In this document: piece after piece, positions 34,741 through 40,000 of the stretch
Layout: each line of letters begins with the position of its first letter
Position numbering within the stretch: the stretch's first letter is position 1
DNA from: Azospirillum sp.
GTDB taxonomy: Bacteria > Pseudomonadota > Alphaproteobacteria > Azospirillales > Azospirillaceae
Assembly: GCA_016124535.1 (NCBI GenBank)
Contig: WGNK01000003.1
Coordinates: forward strand, 1 to 40,000
Direction of reading: 5' to 3'
Length of the DNA stretch: 40,000 nucleotides
The notes under the pieces: model-generated
What the model was told of the DNA's origin: nothing
Database searches by the model: none
Seen by the model: the letters and a program-made list of their open reading frames with translations, nothing else
Position numbers and translations under genes: made by a program

Positions 34741-35946
34741 TCAGCCGCCGTTGTGCAGCGGCCCGAGCGAATCCTGCAGCGAGATTTTGGCGCCGCCCTC
34801 AAGGTAGGGTGCCGGATTGATCGCCTGGCTGCCCCGGCGAACTTCGAAATGCAGTTGCGGGCTGGTCACCGATCCGGTGACGCCGACCGTACCGATCTTC
34901 TGCCCGCGCCGCACGGTCGCGCCGCGCTCGACCAGGATGCGGTCGAGATGGGCATAGGCGGTGATCCAGCGATCGGCGTGGCGGATCAGCAGCAGATTGC
35001 CGTAACCGCGCAGCTCGTTGCCGGCATAGGCGACGACGCCATTCTCGGCGGCGACCACCGCCGAGCCCTTGGCCGCGGCAATGTTGAGACCGTCATTGTG
35101 CAACCCGTCCGGCTTGGTGCCGAATCTCGAGATGATCTGGCCCTTAACCGGCCACAGGAAGCGTGACGAGGCCATGGCGGGCGCCGGCGGCACCGCGGCA
35201 GGTTTCGCCGGTTCCGGCACCGCGGCAGGTTTCGCCGGTTCCGGTGCGGCGGCGGGTTTCGCCGGTTCTACCGCAGCTGCGGGCGCGGCCGATGACTCCG
35301 GCGGGCCGGAGGGCGGCGAGGCCGGCACGTCAGCGTGGGACGGCGAGCCCGATACGGAGGGCAGGGCGGCCGACTCGACGGTCGCTCTGCCGGCGGGAAC
35401 GGTCACCGTCGCCGGCTGAGGCGGGAGTGCCACCGGCGGCACCGCGGCCACCGTGGTGCTGCCTGGCAGCGGCGGCAGCCGCAACCGCTGGCCAATCCGG
35501 ATCGGGTAGGGCGGCGTCAGATCGTTGAACCGCGCCAGCTCGGCCTGATCGACGCCGATCTCATGGCTGACCGTGGACAGCGTGTCGCCGCGCTTGACGG
35601 TATAGGAGCGAGTCGCCGGGAGCGTCAGCTTCTGGCCGATCGCCAGCACATAAGGCGCCTGCAACCGGTTGGCCTCGATCAGGTCGCGCATCGGGACCTG
35701 GTAGCGCCGTGCAATCACCGAGACCGATTCGCCGGAGGCCACGGTGACCGTGGCCGGATTGGCCGGCGGCACCAGGCCGGCGCCGGCCGCGGTGGAGGTC
35801 AGCACGGGTTGTCCGAGTTCGCCGCAAGCGGCAAGCCAGGGCAAGGTCGCGACGAAGGCGACGGCGAGCGTTAAGCTCCGTGGGCATCGACGCCCATCGG
35901 ATCCGACGGCAGACCGGCCAGCAACGGGACAAAGCGAACGGGCCAC
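34741..35946 (-). CDS. LysM-domain M23-family metallopeptidase lipoprotein (NlpD-like)
   Basis: 401 aa. Lipobox-like LPWLAAC. Two LysM segments (VTVASGESVSVIARRY..., YTVKRGDTLSTVSHEIG...). M23 motifs GLNIAA, HADRWITAYAHL and PQLHFEVR. The only in-frame canonical start is the GTG at 35946, which overlaps pcm by 76 nt. Confidence 0.85.
   Translation of the reverse strand: MARSLCPVAGRSAVGSDGRRCPRSLTLAVAFVATLPWLAACGELGQPVLTSTAAGAGLVPPANPATVTVASGESVSVIARRYQVPMRDLIEANRLQAPYVLAIGQKLTLPATRSYTVKRGDTLSTVSHEIGVDQAELARFNDLTPPYPIRIGQRLRLPPLPGSTTVAAVPPVALPPQPATVTVPAGRATVESAALPSVSGSPSHADVPASPPSGPPESSAAPAAAVEPAKPAAAPEPAKPAAVPEPAKPAAVPPAPAMASSRFLWPVKGQIISRFGTKPDGLHNDGLNIAAAKGSAVVAAENGVVAYAGNELRGYGNLLLIRHADRWITAYAHLDRILVERGATVRRGQKIGTVGVTGSVTSPQLHFEVRRGSQAINPAPYLEGGAKISLQDSLGPLHNGG
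35189..35269. repeat. 27-bp x3 in-frame tandem repeat encoding (E)PAKPAA(A/V)P within the NlpD-like linker
   Basis: 35189-35215 equals 35216-35242. The third copy, 35243-35269, is diverged. Confidence 0.85.
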
Positions 35947-36539
35947 AATTCCTCCCGGCGAAGACCGGACTGGGTACGCGTAAAGCGGCAGACGCGCTGC
36001 TCTCGGCGGTCGCCGCCCAAGGGAATGACCAGGATGGCGTCGTCCGCCATCTGCTCGATCAGTGCCGGCGGCGGTTCCAGCCCGCCCGCCGCGGTCACCA
36101 TGATGCGATCGAACGGCGCCTGCTCAGTCCACCCTTTGGTGCCGTCGCCGAGACGGGCGGTGACGTTGGTCAGTTCCAATTCGGCGAAACGGCGCACGGC
36201 GCCCTCCAGGAGCGGTCCGTGCCGCTCGATGGTATAGACGTGACCGCTCAGTTTCGCCAGCACCGCCGTCTGATAGCCGCAGCCGGTGCCGATTTCCAGC
36301 ACCCGATGGCCGCCGGAGAGCATCAGCGTCTGGGTCATCATCGCAACCACCAGCGGCTGCGATATCGTCTGACCAAGCCCGATCGGCAATGGCATGTCTT
36401 CGTAGGCCTGGTCGACGAAGGATGGGGGGACAAATTTCTCGCGCGGCACCCGCTCGATCGCACCCAGAACCGCGGTGTCGGCCATGCCCGAGCGGCGCAA
36501 GGCCATGATCAGCCGGATCTTGCGCGCCGCAATGCTCAC
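35871..36539 (-). CDS. pcm: Protein-L-isoaspartate O-methyltransferase
   Basis: 222 aa from the GTG at 36539 (GTGA overlap with the surE stop). TISQP, the SAM motif VLEIGTGCGYQTAVLA, and VRFVPL. Confidence 0.9.
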   Translation of the reverse strand: MSIAARKIRLIMALRRSGMADTAVLGAIERVPREKFVPPSFVDQAYEDMPLPIGLGQTISQPLVVAMMTQTLMLSGGHRVLEIGTGCGYQTAVLAKLSGHVYTIERHGPLLEGAVRRFAELELTNVTARLGDGTKGWTEQAPFDRIMVTAAGGLEPPPALIEQMADDAILVIPLGGDRREQRVCRFTRTQSGLRREELWPVRFVPLLAGLPSDPMGVDAHGA

Positions 36540-37318
36540 ACCATCGCCCTTTTCAGGTGCTGCAGGCTGGCCCGATCGGTCAGATCCAGAGCCAGCGGCG
36601 TCACCGCGATGCCGCCGCGGCCGATCACCGCGACATCGGTATCGGGCAGGATATCCGCAGCACTCCGGCTTTGGCCGATCCAGAAGTAACTGCGGCCTCG
36701 GGGGTCCTGGCGCTCGGTCAGGTCGTCGCCGATCTTGCGGTTGCCGTGGCGAACCACTTCGACAGCACCGACCCGATCGGCCGGGCAACTCGGGAAATTG
36801 AGATTGATCAGCACCCCCGGCGGCCAGCCCGCCGCCGCCGCCCGGCGAATCACCGCCGCGCCATGCGCGAGGGCGTTGTCGAAACAGGCCACAGCACCGT
36901 CATCGACATGCTGGCTGAGCGCAACCGCCGGAACGCCCAGCAGCGTCGCTTCCATCGCGGCGGCGACCGTGCCGGAATAAGTCACATCCTCGCCAATATT
37001 ACTGCCGCGGTTGACGCCCGACAGCACCAGGCCGGGCCGGCTCTCGCGCATCAGATGATTGAGCGCCAGCAGCACGCAATCCGTCGGCGTCCCGTCCGTC
37101 GCGAAGCGACGGGCGTCCAGCTGGCGCAGGCGCAGCGGCCGGTGGATGGTCAGCGAGTGGCTGGCCGCCGACTGCTCGATCTCCGGCGCACAGACCCAAA
37201 TATCATCGGACAGGCTGGCCGCGATCCGCTCCAGCACCGCAAGCCCCTCGGCCGCGATCCCATCGTCATTGGTGATCAGTATCCGGACGCGGGAGAGGTC
37301 GAGCGGCTGGTCAGGCAT
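36536..37318 (-). CDS. surE: 5'/3'-nucleotidase SurE
   Basis: 260 aa. [25 protein letters not shown] and EVVRHG. Confidence 0.92.
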   Translation of the reverse strand: MPDQPLDLSRVRILITNDDGIAAEGLAVLERIAASLSDDIWVCAPEIEQSAASHSLTIHRPLRLRQLDARRFATDGTPTDCVLLALNHLMRESRPGLVLSGVNRGSNIGEDVTYSGTVAAAMEATLLGVPAVALSQHVDDGAVACFDNALAHGAAVIRRAAAAGWPPGVLINLNFPSCPADRVGAVEVVRHGNRKIGDDLTERQDPRGRSYFWIGQSRSAADILPDTDVAVIGRGGIAVTPLALDLTDRASLQHLKRAMV

Positions 37319-38588
37319 CCGCGGCGATCCGCTCCTGTCCGCCCATATAGCGGCGCAAGGCGTCAGGAACCAGGATCGAGCCGTCGGGCTGCTGATAATT
37401 TTCCATCACCGCGATCAGGCAGCGGCCGACCGCGACGCCCGAGCCGTTCAGGGTGTGCACGGCGCGGGGCGCCTCCTTGGTGCCGCGAGGCCGGCAGCGC
37501 GCCTTCATGCGCCGGGCCTGGAAATCGCCGCAGTTGGAGCAGCTGGAAATCTCGCGATAGGCACTCTGCCCAGGCAGCCAGACTTCGATGTCATAGGTCT
37601 TGGCGGCGCAAAAGCCCATATCGCCGGTCGACAGCACGATCACCCGATAGGGCAGACCCAGGCGCTGCAGCACCGCTTCGGCACAGCCGGTCATGCGTTC
37701 GTGCTCATCTGCCGACTGTTCCGGGGCGGTGATGCTGACCATCTCGACCTTCCAGAACTGGTGCTGGCGGATCATGCCGCGCGTGTCCTTGCCGGCCGCC
37801 CCGGCCTCGGCACGGAAGCATGGCGTGAGCGCAGTCAGGCGCAGCGGCAGGCTTTCCTGGTCGAGAATCTGCTCGGCGACCAGATTGGTCAGCGGCACCT
37901 CGGCGGTCGGAATCAGCCAGTGGTCGGAGGTGGTCTTGAACAGGTCTTCGGCGAATTTCGGCAACTGGCCGGTGCCGAAGGCGGCACCGTCACGCACCAT
38001 CAGCGGCGGCGACACTTCGGTGTAGCCATGCTCAGTGGTGTGAAAGTCGATCATAAATTGCCCGAGCGCCCGTTCCAGCCGGGCCAAACCGCCTTTGAGC
38101 ACGGTGAAACGGGCACCGGACAGCTTGGCCGCCGCCGAAAAATCCATCAGGGCGAGCTTTTCGCCGAGATCGAAATGCTCCAGCGGATTTTCGATCGCCG
38201 GTGGATTGCCCCAACGCCGCAGCTCGACATTGGCCTCGGCGTCGGCGCCGTCGGGCACATCGTCGGCCGGAAGGTTCGGCATATTCGCGAGAATTTCGTC
38301 GAGCGCCGCCCCGAAGACCTTCTCCTTGATCTCGAGAATCGACAGAGTTTCCTTGATCTCGGTGACCCGGTCGGTCAAGGCGGCGGTGTCACGGCCCTCG
38401 CGCTTGGCCAAGCCGATTTGCTTGGAAATATCGTTGCGCTGCTGCTGCAGCGTCTGCAGCTCGGTTTGCGCCGCCCGCCGCCGGGAATCGAGCCCGAGGA
38501 TCTCGACCGAGCGCGACGACAGCCCGCGCCGGATCATGCCGCGGTCGAACAGAACAGGATAGTCGCGGATAAAACGCAGGTCGAACAT
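37311..38588 (-). CDS. serS: Seryl-tRNA synthetase
   Basis: 425 aa. MFDLRFIR, an N-terminal coiled coil, TGQLPKF, and class II motifs ([22 protein letters not shown]). Confidence 0.95.
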   Translation of the reverse strand: MFDLRFIRDYPVLFDRGMIRRGLSSRSVEILGLDSRRRAAQTELQTLQQQRNDISKQIGLAKREGRDTAALTDRVTEIKETLSILEIKEKVFGAALDEILANMPNLPADDVPDGADAEANVELRRWGNPPAIENPLEHFDLGEKLALMDFSAAAKLSGARFTVLKGGLARLERALGQFMIDFHTTEHGYTEVSPPLMVRDGAAFGTGQLPKFAEDLFKTTSDHWLIPTAEVPLTNLVAEQILDQESLPLRLTALTPCFRAEAGAAGKDTRGMIRQHQFWKVEMVSITAPEQSADEHERMTGCAEAVLQRLGLPYRVIVLSTGDMGFCAAKTYDIEVWLPGQSAYREISSCSNCGDFQARRMKARCRPRGTKEAPRAVHTLNGSGVAVGRCLIAVMENYQQPDGSILVPDALRRYMGGQERIAADA

Positions 38589-38703
38589 TGCCCCAGAACC
38601 CCGAACAGCCGACGGCCTGCTCGCTTATAGGCTGCCCGGCAGCCCCGGTCCAGGGGCAGCCGGCCCGGCCGGAGCGCCCCTGCGAATACCCGGTCCCGCC
38701 CGG

Positions 38704-39108
38704 TTACCGGCGCAGCCGCTCCAGCAGCGCCATCAGCTCCGCCTTCATCACCGGCTTGACCAGATAGCCGGTAGCCCCCATCGCCATCGCCCGGTCGAGC
38801 AGGCCGACCTGACGGTAGCCGGTCAGTACCACGACCGGCAAAGCCGGCTCGCTCGAATTTCCGGCGCCGCGCACCGCTTCCAGGAAGGCAAAACCATCGA
38901 GCACCGGCATTTCCAGATCGCACAGCACGAAGTCAACCCGCCCGGCGTCGCCGCGCAATAACGCCAGTGCCTCAGCGCCGTCGCCGGCCTCGAAAACCGC
39001 CGCCGCGCCCAGGTCGCGGAGCAGGCGGGCGACCAGTCGTCGCTGAAATTCCTCATCCTCGACGATGAGAATGCCCATATTCTCGGCGGGCGTCCCTCTT
39101 GCGGCCAT
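38704..39108 (-). CDS. Single-domain response regulator (CheY-like receiver)
   Basis: ORF 38704..39180. I prefer the ATG at 39108 (GGAGG 7 nt upstream). ILIVEDEE, the phospho-acceptor context FVLCDLEMP, VVVLTG and YLVKP. Confidence 0.85.
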   Translation of the reverse strand: MAARGTPAENMGILIVEDEEFQRRLVARLLRDLGAAAVFEAGDGAEALALLRGDAGRVDFVLCDLEMPVLDGFAFLEAVRGAGNSSEPALPVVVLTGYRQVGLLDRAMAMGATGYLVKPVMKAELMALLERLRR

Positions 39109-39268
39109 GACCCTGCCTCCGACCGGCTCCCGGCTGCCCGATGCGGCCGGGCCGACGCGGCCCCCGCCATCATTCGCCATGCGGCGGGTCGCTGCAAGGG
39201 CTTCTCACCAAGACCAATTGCAGCGGTGGCTCCGACCATGATATTAAGGGTGGTAGGGTTGGGGCAGC

Positions 39269-39296
39269 GCGCAACCAACCAAAGCGCAACCAACCA
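39269..39296. repeat. Direct repeat GCGCAACCAACCA x2 at 15-bp spacing in the REC/Hpt divergent intergenic region
   Basis: 39269-39281 and 39284-39296 are identical. Preceded by the G-rich partial complement GGTGGTAGGGTTGGGG (39250-39264). Confidence 0.8.
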
Positions 39297-39322
39297 CAAC
39301 CGTCGTCGAACCAGGATCGAGG

Positions 39323-39823
39323 ATGCCCCGAGCAGCGCCGCCTGCGCCAGGGTCCGCAGGCGATTCCGACGCCGTCACCGAAGCCGTTCTGAATGACCGG
39401 GCTCCGGCACGCGCAGACCACACCAACGACCAAACCGTTGCGGGTCTGTCCGAAGCCACGCGGGAATTGCTGTCGACCGCCCAGGGACGGCCATTGATCG
39501 ACCACAAGCTGCTGGGCGAACTCCGTGATTCGCTGGGCGCCGAAGGGTTGATCGACCTCTTGCGGCTGGTTCCGGAATCGGCGGACCAGGCGATGACCCG
39601 GCTGCATCAGGCCTGGCGCAGCAACCAGGCCGACGAACTTAAAATGGCCGCCCACACCATCCGCGGACTGGCCGGCAGTTTCGGCGCGCCGCGCGCGGCA
39701 GCACTGGCTCATGTGGTCTATGATCAGATCGCATTCGCCAAGGGCGCCGGCCTCGACTTGCTGGTGACCGCGCTTTCCCGGGCGCTCGAGGAAACCTACC
39801 GGCAATTCGAACTGGAACAGTGA
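39323..39823 (+). CDS. Histidine phosphotransfer (Hpt) domain protein
   Basis: 166 aa. MAAHTIRGLAGSFGA matches the Hpt H-x-x-(K/R)-G-x-x-x-x-x-G phospho-His motif. The N-terminal 45 aa or so is low complexity, so the start is uncertain (in-frame TTG at 39467). Confidence 0.75.
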   Translation: MPRAAPPAPGSAGDSDAVTEAVLNDRAPARADHTNDQTVAGLSEATRELLSTAQGRPLIDHKLLGELRDSLGAEGLIDLLRLVPESADQAMTRLHQAWRSNQADELKMAAHTIRGLAGSFGAPRAAALAHVVYDQIAFAKGAGLDLLVTALSRALEETYRQFELEQ

Positions 39824-40000
39824 TGAAACTGGCGCGGCTTGGTCGCTTGGCCGTTACGGCATCGTTGCTCGGCGCGTGGCTGACCGGTTCGGCCCTCGGC
39901 CAGGATGCCGATCTGACCTTGCTCCATATCAACGATGTCTACGAAATCGAACCGGTCGCCGGCGCCGGCGGTTTCGCCCCGCTGATGACGCTGTTGAAGC
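39823..40000 (+). CDS. Secreted metallophosphoesterase / 5'-nucleotidase-family protein, 5' fragment (runs off the window)
   Basis: The ATG at 39823 overlaps the Hpt stop (TGATG). Signal-peptide-like MKLARLGRLAVTASLLGAWLTGSALG is followed by LTLLHINDVYE, which resembles the first calcineurin-like phosphoesterase motif. Only 59 codons are visible. Confidence 0.55.
   Translation, partial: MKLARLGRLAVTASLLGAWLTGSALGQDADLTLLHINDVYEIEPVAGAGGFAPLMTLLK

Overview
High-G+C, densely coding chromosomal window that looks alphaproteobacterial; the taxon is inferred from the serS-surE-pcm-nlpD synteny and an HpnG-like gene. It is mostly core metabolism and housekeeping. (1) 1-14.5 kb is a tetrahydromethanopterin (H4MPT)-linked formaldehyde oxidation island. 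The minus strand carries mptG, mtdB, an ATP-grasp gene, mch, a RimK-like gene, a CitG-like gene and fae, followed by a plus-strand HisA/F-like gene and then minus-strand ATP-grasp and hydantoinase-like genes. It faces a divergent plus-strand operon: PCD-like gene plus fhcB-A-D-C. (2) 14.5-24.3 kb holds a DegP-family protease, rarA, a low-GC islet with two orphan ORFs, HMG-CoA lyase, a 716-aa coiled-coil protein built from six 53-aa (159-bp) tandem repeats, a small wHTH-like gene and recG. (3) 24.4-29.2 kb is a single 1596-aa ORF fusing CheB, CheR, PAS/coiled-coil, histidine kinase, REC, REC and a LuxR-type HTH. (4) 29.2-40 kb holds a low-GC islet with an Rmf/CrpP-like mini-ORF, an HpnG-like phosphorylase, a CDF transporter, a MoeB/ThiF-family gene, a PAS hybrid histidine kinase, nlpD-like/pcm/surE/serS, a divergent REC/Hpt pair and the 5' end of a secreted metallophosphoesterase. 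I found no rRNA, tRNA, CRISPR array, transposase or integrase. I cannot point to a clearly novel multi-gene system. The most unusual items are the all-in-one CheB-CheR-HK-REC-REC-HTH fusion, the 53-aa-repeat coiled-coil protein, the 17-bp x9 tandem array at the window edge, two low-GC islets with orphan ORFs, a probable CTG-initiated hpnG-like gene, and an Hpt gene whose start/stop overlaps a secreted nucleotidase-like gene. All functional calls rest on motif and family recognition by eye; no database search was run.
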